Shown here in pieces: positions 27,916 through 36,148 of a stretch of DNA of 64,000 nt. Position 1 is the stretch's first letter. Every line of letters starts with the position of its first letter. Below the pieces are notes generated by a model. That model searched no databases. It was not told the origin of the DNA and saw only the letters and a list, made by a program, of their open reading frames with translations. Source of the DNA: Vicinamibacterales bacterium (GTDB lineage: Bacteria; Acidobacteriota; Vicinamibacteria; Vicinamibacterales; UBA8438); assembly GCA_965207595.1 (NCBI GenBank), contig CBDBMW010000009.1, positions 76,710 through 140,709 of the forward strand. Direction: 5' to 3'. Both the position numbers and the translations under genes were made by a program.

Positions 27916-29105
27916 GCGCGCGGCAACCGGGCTTCGGCGCCCAGTTGCGCGCCGTCTTCCGGAAGGAGGTCCTCGACGCCCTCCGAGACCGGCGGTCGCT
28001 CCTGTCGGCGCTCCTCTACCCCATCCTGATGCCGCTGATGATCACGGTCGTCTTCGGCGCCGTGGCCCGGCTGCAGGGCTCCGAACGGCCGCTCGAGGTG
28101 CCGATCGTGGGCCAGGACCGCGCGCCCAACCTGGTCGCCTGGCTCGAGGAGCGCGGGGTCGTCATCCAGGACCCGCCCGCCGACCCCGACGCCGCCGTGC
28201 GCGACGGCGACGTCGACCTGGTGCTGGTGATCGACGAGGACTACGGGGAGCAGTTCCGGTCCGTCGAGCCCGCCGTCGTGCGCATCGTGCACGACAGCTC
28301 CCGGACCGCCTCGCTCTCGAGCATCCGGCGCACGCGCAACCTGCTCCGCGGCTACAGCAGCGAGGTGGGCCTGCTGCGCCTGCTGGCGCGCGGCGTCAGC
28401 CCGGGGGTTATGCAGGCGGTGCGCGTCGACGACCTCGACCTCGCGACGCCGGCCCAGACCGCGGCGCGCTTCTTCTCCATGCTGCCGATGTTCCTCATCC
28501 TGGGGTCGTTCATCGGGGGGCTGAACGTCGCCATCGACACGACGGCCGGAGAACGGGAACGTCAGTCGCTGGAGCCGCTGCTGGTCAACCCGGTGTCGCG
28601 CAGCGCGCTGACGGCCGGCAAGTGGCTCACCACGACCGTATTCAGCCTCGCCTCCGCCTGGCTGACGCTGGCGGCGTTCGTGTTCATGATGCGCTACGTG
28701 CCGCTCGAGGAGCTCGGGATGCAGCTCAGCCTCGGCGGGCAGCAGCTCCTGCTGATGGCGGTCGCCTGCGGTCCGATGGCGCTCTTCGCGTCGTCGCTGC
28801 AGATGTTCGTCGCCACCTTCGCCCGCAGCTTCAAGGAGGCGCAGACCTACGTCAACCTGCTCATCTTCGTGCCCATGATCCCGGGCATGGTCGCGCAGGT
28901 CTACCCGCTCCAGCCTGCCGTCTGGATGATGCTCGTCCCCGCCCTGTCGCACCAGCTCCTGCTGATCGACGTCATGGGCGGCGAGCCGGTGACGGCGCTG
29001 AACCTGGCCCTCTCGACCGTCGCCACCACCGCGCTCGGCGCCGCCTTCTTCGGCCTCACGGCGCGCATGCTGCGCCAGGAACGGATCGTCTTCGGCCGCG
29101 GGTAG
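27912..29105 (+). CDS. natB: ABC-2 type permease (NatB-like)
   Basis: GTG 27912 overlaps the natA stop (GTGA). N-terminal FRKEVLDALRDRRSLLSALLYPILMPLM, a large loop and then five C-terminal helices. Confidence 0.75.
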   Translation: MSARQPGFGAQLRAVFRKEVLDALRDRRSLLSALLYPILMPLMITVVFGAVARLQGSERPLEVPIVGQDRAPNLVAWLEERGVVIQDPPADPDAAVRDGDVDLVLVIDEDYGEQFRSVEPAVVRIVHDSSRTASLSSIRRTRNLLRGYSSEVGLLRLLARGVSPGVMQAVRVDDLDLATPAQTAARFFSMLPMFLILGSFIGGLNVAIDTTAGERERQSLEPLLVNPVSRSALTAGKWLTTTVFSLASAWLTLAAFVFMMRYVPLEELGMQLSLGGQQLLLMAVACGPMALFASSLQMFVATFARSFKEAQTYVNLLIFVPMIPGMVAQVYPLQPAVWMMLVPALSHQLLLIDVMGGEPVTALNLALSTVATTALGAAFFGLTARMLRQERIVFGRG

Positions 29106-29121
29106 CGCCACGCGGACCGAC

Positions 29122-30087
29122 TCAGCGCTCGGAGTACTCCGTGAGGTGCTCGACGAGCAGCGCGGACATCTTCTCGGCCGCCATCTCCGGAATCCAGTGG
29201 TCGATGCCCTCGAGGACCTCGAAGCGGTACGGTCCGTCGACGTACTCCGCGGTGAGGACCGCGCCGTCGATGCACAACGCCGTGTCGCCGTCGCTCCAGG
29301 TGAACATCGTGGGCACGGTGACCGCACCGGTCGCCGGACGCTGCAGGTTGCGATCGCCGATGTTGGCGCGGTACCAGTCGAGGGCGGCGCCCAGGGCCGG
29401 CTTGGACCCGAGGACGCGGAGGTACTCGGCGACCGCGTCCTCGCCCATTCCGGCGTAGAGCCCGCGCAGCAACGCCTCGTCGTTGGCGAGGAAGCCGTCC
29501 TCCGAATCGGGCTGGACGAACACGTCGAAGTAGGAAGACGCCGCGACCTGGCACGACTCCGGGTCGCTCAGCACGCGGGCGAACGCGTCCGGGTGCGGAA
29601 CGGAAACCGGGTTCGCGGTGATGACCCGGTCCGCCGCCGCAACCGCCACCGCCCAAGCCACGATGGCGCCCCAGTCGTGGCCGACGATGTGGAAGCGCTC
29701 GGCGCCGACCGCGTCCGCGAGTCCGAGGACGTCCTCGACCAGGAGCGGCAGCGCGTAGTCCGCGGTGTCCGTCGGCCGCGCCCCCGCCGAGTAGCCGCGC
29801 TGATCGGGCGCCACGACCCGGAACCCGGCCTCGGCCAGCGCCCGGATCTGGTGCCGCCACTCGTAGGAGGTCTGCGGGAACCCGTGGAGGAGGATCGCCA
29901 CCTCGCCGTCTTCCGGCCCCGCCGTCCGCACGTCGAACGTGAGATCGCCCAGCGCGATCTGCGCCATCGCGATGTCGCCCGCCGCTGCGCCGGATCCGGC
30001 CGCCGCGCTCTGCGCCGCCGCCGTTCCGCTCACGAGAATCCCCGCCAGCCCCAACGCCGTCGTCGCCGTTACCATTCGTCTGGTCAT
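29122..30087 (-). CDS. Secreted alpha/beta hydrolase of the epoxide hydrolase / haloalkane dehalogenase type
   Basis: ATG 30087 (MTRRMVTATTALGLAGILVSGTAAAQ). Motifs HGFPQTSYEWRHQ and the Asp nucleophile elbow VGHDWGA. The longer ORF to 30723 is Arg-rich noise. Confidence 0.85.
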   Translation of the reverse strand: MTRRMVTATTALGLAGILVSGTAAAQSAAAGSGAAAGDIAMAQIALGDLTFDVRTAGPEDGEVAILLHGFPQTSYEWRHQIRALAEAGFRVVAPDQRGYSAGARPTDTADYALPLLVEDVLGLADAVGAERFHIVGHDWGAIVAWAVAVAAADRVITANPVSVPHPDAFARVLSDPESCQVAASSYFDVFVQPDSEDGFLANDEALLRGLYAGMGEDAVAEYLRVLGSKPALGAALDWYRANIGDRNLQRPATGAVTVPTMFTWSDGDTALCIDGAVLTAEYVDGPYRFEVLEGIDHWIPEMAAEKMSALLVEHLTEYSER

Positions 30088-30116
30088 CTTCGATTTTCTT
30101 TCAGCGGCGCAAGCTC

Positions 30117-30953
30117 CTAGCCGTCCACGAGCGGCGCCAGGTCGGTGATCGCCGCGACGACGCGATGCGCGTCGAAGCCGAGCTCCTCCGGGGGTTCGGC
30201 GGCGGCGCGCTGGATCCAGAACGTGATCAGGCCGGCCGAGGCGGCGCCGGCGACGTCCCAGGCGTTCGACGAGACGAACCCGAGCGCCGACCGGTCGACG
30301 CCCAGCCGTTCGACCCCCAGGTTGTAGACGCGCGGGCTGACCTTGAAGATCTTGACCTCCTCGACGCTGATGATCGTGTCGAGCAGGGTGTCGATGCCGG
30401 CGCTCCGCGCCGCCGCCTCCAGCATGCGCGGCTCGCCGTTCGAGAGGATGGCCAGCCTCACGCCCCGGTCGCGAAGGGCTTCGAGCCCCGGGCGCACGTC
30501 CGGGAACGCAGCCAGGGAGAGATAGGCGTCCATCAACCGCTCGCGGCGGGCCGGCGTCAGATCGAGGCCCAGGCTGCGCGCGGCGTAGACCAGGGCATCG
30601 CCGGTCACCACCCAGAAGTCCCGGTGCCGGCCCATGAGGCTGCGCAGGAGGCTGTACTGGAGTTGCTTGGCGCGCCAGCGCTGCGACAGCGCGTCGCCGT
30701 TCCCCGGGAAGAGCTCCTCGCACAGCGCCGTCACCGAGAAGACATCGAAGAGCGTCCCGTAGGCGTCGAACGCGAAGGCCTCGACGCCCTCTGCGCCGCC
30801 CGCCGGCTGCACGAGAGGCGCAGTCGTCTCCGGCCCGGCCGCGGCGCTCTTCGACCCGCCCGCGCTCGCCGCGGCCTCCCCCGCTGCCGCCCCCGCGGCG
30901 CCGGCCGCTGCCGCGCCCACCGCCCGGACGAACGCCCTGCGGCCGGTTCGCAT
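30117..30953 (-). CDS. Type II haloacid dehalogenase (HAD superfamily) with twin-arginine signal
   Basis: MRTGRRAFVRAVGAAAAG (Tat-like RR motif), FDAYGTLFDV (DxYGT motif), ILSNG, FVSSNAWD. Confidence 0.85.
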   Translation of the reverse strand: MRTGRRAFVRAVGAAAAGAAGAAAGEAAASAGGSKSAAAGPETTAPLVQPAGGAEGVEAFAFDAYGTLFDVFSVTALCEELFPGNGDALSQRWRAKQLQYSLLRSLMGRHRDFWVVTGDALVYAARSLGLDLTPARRERLMDAYLSLAAFPDVRPGLEALRDRGVRLAILSNGEPRMLEAAARSAGIDTLLDTIISVEEVKIFKVSPRVYNLGVERLGVDRSALGFVSSNAWDVAGAASAGLITFWIQRAAAEPPEELGFDAHRVVAAITDLAPLVDG

Positions 30954-31038
30954 GGTCCTCTCCTTCCGCTCGCGCAACTCATCACGATACTACGATGCTC
31001 CCGCCCGGGGCCGTCCAGCCAGCCGCCGTCCGCACGGC

Positions 31039-33438
31039 TCACCCGCCCGCCGGGCCGCGCTCCGCCGCGCCCGCCAGGTCGAGCAGGAAGGCGTACTGCA
31101 GCGCCGTCTCGCGGTACTGGCGGTAGCGTCCCGACGCTCCGCCGTGGCCGGCCTCCAGGTTGGTACGGAGCAACAGGCGGCGCCCGTCGGCGGGCTGCAT
31201 CGCGCGGCGCTTCGCCACCCACTTCGCCGGCTCCCAGTACTGCACCTGCGAGTCGTGCAGTCCGGTCATGACCAGCAGGTGGGGCCACGTCACGGGCGCC
31301 ATGTTGTCGTAGGGGGAGTAGGCACGTATGCAGGCGTAGTCGTCCGGCTCGTTCGGGTTCCCCCACTCGTCGTACTCGCCGGTGGTGAGCGGTATCGAAT
31401 CGTCGAGCATCGTCGTCAGCACGTCGACGAAGGGCACCTGGGCGACCACCCCGTGGAACAGCTCGGGGCGCAGGTTGATGACCGCTCCCATCAGGAGGCC
31501 GCCCGCGCTTCCGCCCATCGCGAAGAACCGCTCGGGAACGGCGAGGCCCTCCGCGATCACATGCTCGGCGCAGGCGATGAAGTCGGTGAACGTGTTCTCC
31601 TTCTTCCGGAGCTTGCCGTCTTCGTACCAGCGGCGTCCGAGCTCCTCGCCACCCCGCACGTGCGCGATGGCGTACGTGAACCCCCGATCGAGCAGGCTCA
31701 GCCGAGACGACCGGAACGTCGGCTCCATGCTGATCCCGTAGGCGCCGTACCCGTAGAGCAGCAGCGGAGCGGCGGCGTGCGACGCCCCACCGCCCGGCGC
31801 GGCTCCCTCCCGAATCGCCGGACCACCGCCGGTCGATCGGTCCCGCTGGCCGCCGTCGGCGTCACCGATGTGCGCACTGCCCGTCAGCTTCCGAGTCCCC
31901 TCGTGCGCGGGTGGCAAGCCGCGCCGCCGGACGAGGGAGATCGGGACTCGCACCCCGTCCCGCGCCGTCGCGAACACGCGCCGCGTCTCGTAGCGCGCCG
32001 GGTCGAAGTCGCCCAGCACCTCCTCGCGCTTCAGGAGCGTGCGCGTACGGGTCGTCATGTCGTAGTCGTAGACCGACCGCGGGGTGGCGAGCGAGCTGTA
32101 CTCGAAGCGCAGCGTCGCGGTGTCCGGCTCGCGGTTCGTGCCGATCCAGACCGCGTAGGCGGCCTCGTCGAACGAGACGTGGTGCTCGCAGCCCCCGCCC
32201 TCCGCCTCGCCCGCCGCACCGCCGTCCGCGCTGCCGGCGCCGGATGCGTCAGCCTCCCAGGGGCGCACGCGGAGCCGCGTCAACCCCGCGTGCCGCTCCG
32301 CGACCACGAGGTGATCGCGGAAGATCTCGAACCCCTCGACCAGCACGTCGTCCCGGTGCGGCACGAGCTCCCGCCACGCCGCCCGCTCCGTCCGCTTCTC
32401 GTCGGCCTCCAGCAGGCGGAAGTTGCGGGCGCCGGCGTTCGACCGGATGGTGAAGCGCCCGCGGTAGTGGTCGATCTCGTACTCGTGGCCCCGCTCGCGG
32501 GCCAGGAAGATCGCGGGGGCCGCCTCGGGGTCCTCCGCGTCGAGGTGCCGGACCTCGGTCGTGACCGTCTGGAACGAGCCGATCAGCACGTAACGCTTCG
32601 ACCGGCTGCGCCAGACCGCGCACGAGAACGTCGGGTCCGTCTCCTCGTAGACGAGGCGATCGCCCGCCGGGTCGTCACCCAGTCGGTGCCGCAGGATCTG
32701 GTACGGGCGGAGCGTGGTCGGGTCGTGGCGCGCGTAGAAGACGATGTCGTCGCCGGCCGCCCAGGTCACGTTGGCGGTGACGTTCGGGATGACGTCCGCG
32801 AGGTCGGCGCCCCGGGCGAGGTCGCGTACACGGATGGCGTACTCACGCCGGCCGACGGTGTCGACCGCGTAGGCGAGCAGGCGGCCGCTCGGGCTCACGA
32901 CGCGTGATCCGACCTGGCAGAAGTCGTGCCCCTCGGCGACCTCGTTGACGTCGAGCAGCACCTCCTCGTCCGCGGATGCGGTCGGCGGTGGCCCGCCCCG
33001 GGCGTCAGACGGCGCGGTCGGGGGTGGCCCGCCCGGGGCGTCAGGCGGCAGCGCGGCCGACGGTGTCGGGTCCTGCGCGACCGCCGGTGACGGCCCCGGC
33101 GCGATCGGCCCGGTCCGGGCGCCGACCGGCTGCCGACAGTGGATGGCGTAATCCCTTCCATCTTCGAAGCGGTGGTAGTAGCAGTACCTCCCCTCGCGGT
33201 ACGGCACGGACATGTCCGTCTGCCGAATGCGTCCCTTGATCTCCTCGAACAGCCGCTGCTCCAGATCGGCGGTGGCGGCCATCGACTCCCGCTGATGGGC
33301 GTTCTCCGCCTCCAGGTAGGCGCGGACCTCGGGATCGTCGCGCTCGCGGAGCCAGTGGTAGTCGTCGACGCGGACCTCGCCGTGCCTCTCGTGGCGGTGC
33401 GGGCGCCGAGCGGCGCGGGGCGGCGGCGCAGTCTTCAT
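31039..33438 (-). CDS. ptrB: Oligopeptidase B / S9A prolyl-oligopeptidase-family serine protease
   Basis: N-terminal DDYHWLRERDDPEVRAYLEAEN. Catalytic GGSAGGLL. Pro/Gly-rich insertions are present. Confidence 0.9.
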   Translation of the reverse strand: MKTAPPPRAARRPHRHERHGEVRVDDYHWLRERDDPEVRAYLEAENAHQRESMAATADLEQRLFEEIKGRIRQTDMSVPYREGRYCYYHRFEDGRDYAIHCRQPVGARTGPIAPGPSPAVAQDPTPSAALPPDAPGGPPPTAPSDARGGPPPTASADEEVLLDVNEVAEGHDFCQVGSRVVSPSGRLLAYAVDTVGRREYAIRVRDLARGADLADVIPNVTANVTWAAGDDIVFYARHDPTTLRPYQILRHRLGDDPAGDRLVYEETDPTFSCAVWRSRSKRYVLIGSFQTVTTEVRHLDAEDPEAAPAIFLARERGHEYEIDHYRGRFTIRSNAGARNFRLLEADEKRTERAAWRELVPHRDDVLVEGFEIFRDHLVVAERHAGLTRLRVRPWEADASGAGSADGGAAGEAEGGGCEHHVSFDEAAYAVWIGTNREPDTATLRFEYSSLATPRSVYDYDMTTRTRTLLKREEVLGDFDPARYETRRVFATARDGVRVPISLVRRRGLPPAHEGTRKLTGSAHIGDADGGQRDRSTGGGPAIREGAAPGGGASHAAAPLLLYGYGAYGISMEPTFRSSRLSLLDRGFTYAIAHVRGGEELGRRWYEDGKLRKKENTFTDFIACAEHVIAEGLAVPERFFAMGGSAGGLLMGAVINLRPELFHGVVAQVPFVDVLTTMLDDSIPLTTGEYDEWGNPNEPDDYACIRAYSPYDNMAPVTWPHLLVMTGLHDSQVQYWEPAKWVAKRRAMQPADGRRLLLRTNLEAGHGGASGRYRQYRETALQYAFLLDLAGAAERGPAGG

Positions 33439-33486
33439 GCTGCTGTGCGGTGCGGCGTTTGCGCCGGCTGCGCTCCTGCGCCGGCT

Positions 33487-36138
33487 TCACTCGGCCGACG
33501 GGAGCAGCGCCGGCCAGTTCAGGATGACGGAGACCGGAGGGTTCGAGTCGTTCCGCGCGGTGACGAAGCGGCCGTCCGGTGCGACGTCGTAGGAGGGCGG
33601 CTGCTCGAACACGGGGAAGTCGGCTTCCAGAAGGCGCACGGCCGCCTCGAACTCGAACCGGTTCGACGCCTCGACCGCGACCCGCATCAGGGTGCGGCGC
33701 CCCTGGACGTAGTACAGCGCCGCGCCGTCCCGCGCCCATACCGGCTCCGTACCGCCGGCCGGCGAGACGCGGACCGGCGCGCCCGGACCGGCGTAGGGTC
33801 GCACCCAGACCTCGAGCGCCCCCGTCGCGTCCGAGGTGTAGGCCAGCCACCGTCCGTCGGGCGAGAGCGCGGCCGAGAAGCCTTCGTTCGCGGGCGACGG
33901 GAACATCTCGCGCGCCTCCGAGTCGGGGGCGGCCGCGAACTCGACCAGGCGCACCTGCTCGCCGGAGATGGAGGCGGCAATCAGGTTGCCGTTCGGAGCC
34001 CAGGCATGCGCGTGGTAGTGCCCCCGCGGCCCGACCCGTTCCGGCTGGCCCGCGCCGTCCGCGGACACCGAGTACAGCGACCCGTCGCCCTCGTAGACGA
34101 TGCGCGCGCCGTCGGGCGTCCAGAGCGGCGACGCGGCGTCGCCCTCATCGAACGTCAGTCGAATCGGTGGTCGCCCCTCGAGGTCGAACACCCAGATGTC
34201 GTCGTCCACGACGAGCGCCAGGCGGCGGCCGTCGGGTGACAGGCGGGGGTTCTCGGGGTCGTCGAGCCCGTCCATGGCGGTCGCTCCGGATTCCTGCCCC
34301 GTCGGCTCGATCCAGAGCACCGAGCGCGTCGCCTCGGCGCCGCGGAAGGCGAGCACGCCGTTGCGGGAGACCGAGAACGCGGCGAACACGTCGTAGGCCC
34401 CGACTCCCTCCGTCACGACCGTCGGGTCGCCGGCAAGGTCCAGGCGCTGTTCGTCGAAGGGTTGCGCCAGGAGCCGATCGCCCTGCAGCAGGAGCAGCTG
34501 GCCGGGCGCGGCCGGACCGGCCGAGGGCGCATGCGTCCCGTTCTGACGCGTCGCCACGAGCCGGTCGGGATTCTGCTCCACCGGATCGACGTCGAGGGAG
34601 CCGACGTAGAGCCCGGAGACGGTCGAGTCCGACGATGCCCGCAGGTAGAGGAAGTGCCGGCCGTCCGGCAGGAAGCGGGGTGCGACGTGGCCGAGCTCCC
34701 CGCGCGCCGAGTCGACCCGCGTCAGGGGAACGGGGTTCCCGCCCTCCGCCGGGACCCGCATGATTCCCGAGATCCCCCCGAACACGATGACGCCGTCGGC
34801 GTTCCAGCTGCCGCCGAACAGCCGCGGCGTATCGCACACGGTCTCCACCGCCCCGCTCGCGAGATCGACTCGCCGCAGGGAGCCGGCGTCCGAGAAGGCC
34901 ACGAATCGGCTGTCGGGGGACCAGAACACCGTGAAGCCCGAGGTGTCGGCCGCGGCAAGCTCGCGGGCCTGCCCGCTCTCGAGCGAATGGACCCACAGCC
35001 GCGCCTCGCGCCCCTCGTCCGACTCCAGGTAGGCGAGATGGCGGCCATCCGGCGACAGCTCGACGAACGGCACCATGTTCGGCGCAGCCGGGATCGTGAA
35101 GCGCACCGGGAACGCCACGGCCGGCGCGGGCGGCGTCACGATCCGGACGGCCGGCCCGACCGCCACCGCGGCGATGACGACGGCCGCGCCCGCCAATCCG
35201 ACCCAGTACCGCTTCCACCCTCCCCCCGCACCGGTCGGCGCGCCGTCCGCGGGCGGCGCCGTCACGCGCCGCGCGGGGTCCTCGAACCCGCCGAGCAACC
35301 CCAGCCGCACGTCGCCGATGTCCCGCATCCGCTCCCTGGGGTCCTTCTGCAGGCAGCGGCGCAGGACGCCGGACACCGCCGGCGGCACGTCGACGGACAG
35401 CGTCGCCCAGGCCGGCTCGGTCTTGATCACCTCCGCCAGGATGCCGGTGACGTCGTCCCCCGCGAATGCCCGCCGCCCGGTGAGCATCTCGAAGAGCACG
35501 GCGCCGAACGCCCAGACGTCGGTCCGCCGGTCGACCGTCCTTCCCCGCGCCTGCTCCGGAGACATGTAGGCGGCCGTGCCGACGATGAACCCCATCCGGG
35601 TCGCGGCCGTGGCCAGGGTCGGCGACGTGTGCGGATCTCCGGATCCGGCTCCCGCATCCAGAGCCTTCGCGAGCCCGAAGTCGAGCACCTTGACCGTGCC
35701 GTCTTCCCGCACCTTGACGTTGGCCGGCTTGAGGTCGCGATGGACCACCCCGGCCTCGTGCGCCGCCTCGAGCGCATCCGCGACCTGCGTGGCAATGTCC
35801 AGCGCGTCGTCGAGCGAGAGAGGCCCGGACGCGATCCGCTCCTCCAGCGTCGGGCCCTCGACCAGCTCCAGCACGAGCGCCCGCGTTCCGCCCTCCTCCT
35901 CGATGCCGTGGATCTGCGCGATGTTCGGGTGGTTGAGCGATGCCAGGAGCTCCGCCTCCCGCTGGAAACGGGCCAGGCGGTCGGGATCGGCGGCGAAGGC
36001 GTCCGGGAGGATCTTCAGGGCGACGGCGCGGTTCAGCCGGGTGTCGCGGGCGCGGTACACCTCGCCCATGCCGCCCGCCCCGAGCACGGCCGTCACCTCG
36101 AAGTGCCCGGCGAACCGATCGCCGACGGTCAGCGACAT
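33487..36138 (-). CDS. Ser/Thr protein kinase with one TM segment and a C-terminal TolB-like beta-propeller
   Basis: GAGGMGEVYRA, HRDLKPANV, DFGLAK, SPEQ. The C-terminal blades are SPDGR/WSPDS repeats. Confidence 0.9.
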   Translation of the reverse strand: MSLTVGDRFAGHFEVTAVLGAGGMGEVYRARDTRLNRAVALKILPDAFAADPDRLARFQREAELLASLNHPNIAQIHGIEEEGGTRALVLELVEGPTLEERIASGPLSLDDALDIATQVADALEAAHEAGVVHRDLKPANVKVREDGTVKVLDFGLAKALDAGAGSGDPHTSPTLATAATRMGFIVGTAAYMSPEQARGRTVDRRTDVWAFGAVLFEMLTGRRAFAGDDVTGILAEVIKTEPAWATLSVDVPPAVSGVLRRCLQKDPRERMRDIGDVRLGLLGGFEDPARRVTAPPADGAPTGAGGGWKRYWVGLAGAAVVIAAVAVGPAVRIVTPPAPAVAFPVRFTIPAAPNMVPFVELSPDGRHLAYLESDEGREARLWVHSLESGQARELAAADTSGFTVFWSPDSRFVAFSDAGSLRRVDLASGAVETVCDTPRLFGGSWNADGVIVFGGISGIMRVPAEGGNPVPLTRVDSARGELGHVAPRFLPDGRHFLYLRASSDSTVSGLYVGSLDVDPVEQNPDRLVATRQNGTHAPSAGPAAPGQLLLLQGDRLLAQPFDEQRLDLAGDPTVVTEGVGAYDVFAAFSVSRNGVLAFRGAEATRSVLWIEPTGQESGATAMDGLDDPENPRLSPDGRRLALVVDDDIWVFDLEGRPPIRLTFDEGDAASPLWTPDGARIVYEGDGSLYSVSADGAGQPERVGPRGHYHAHAWAPNGNLIAASISGEQVRLVEFAAAPDSEAREMFPSPANEGFSAALSPDGRWLAYTSDATGALEVWVRPYAGPGAPVRVSPAGGTEPVWARDGAALYYVQGRRTLMRVAVEASNRFEFEAAVRLLEADFPVFEQPPSYDVAPDGRFVTARNDSNPPVSVILNWPALLPSAE

Positions 36139-36148
36139 GCGGCCCTTC

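Noticed and set aside
29122-30723. Long N-terminal extension of the alpha/beta hydrolase ORF (533 aa), overlapping the HAD gene
   Set aside because: The extension is Arg/Gly/Pro noise overlapping the HAD gene in another frame. ATG 30087 gives a normal signal peptide.
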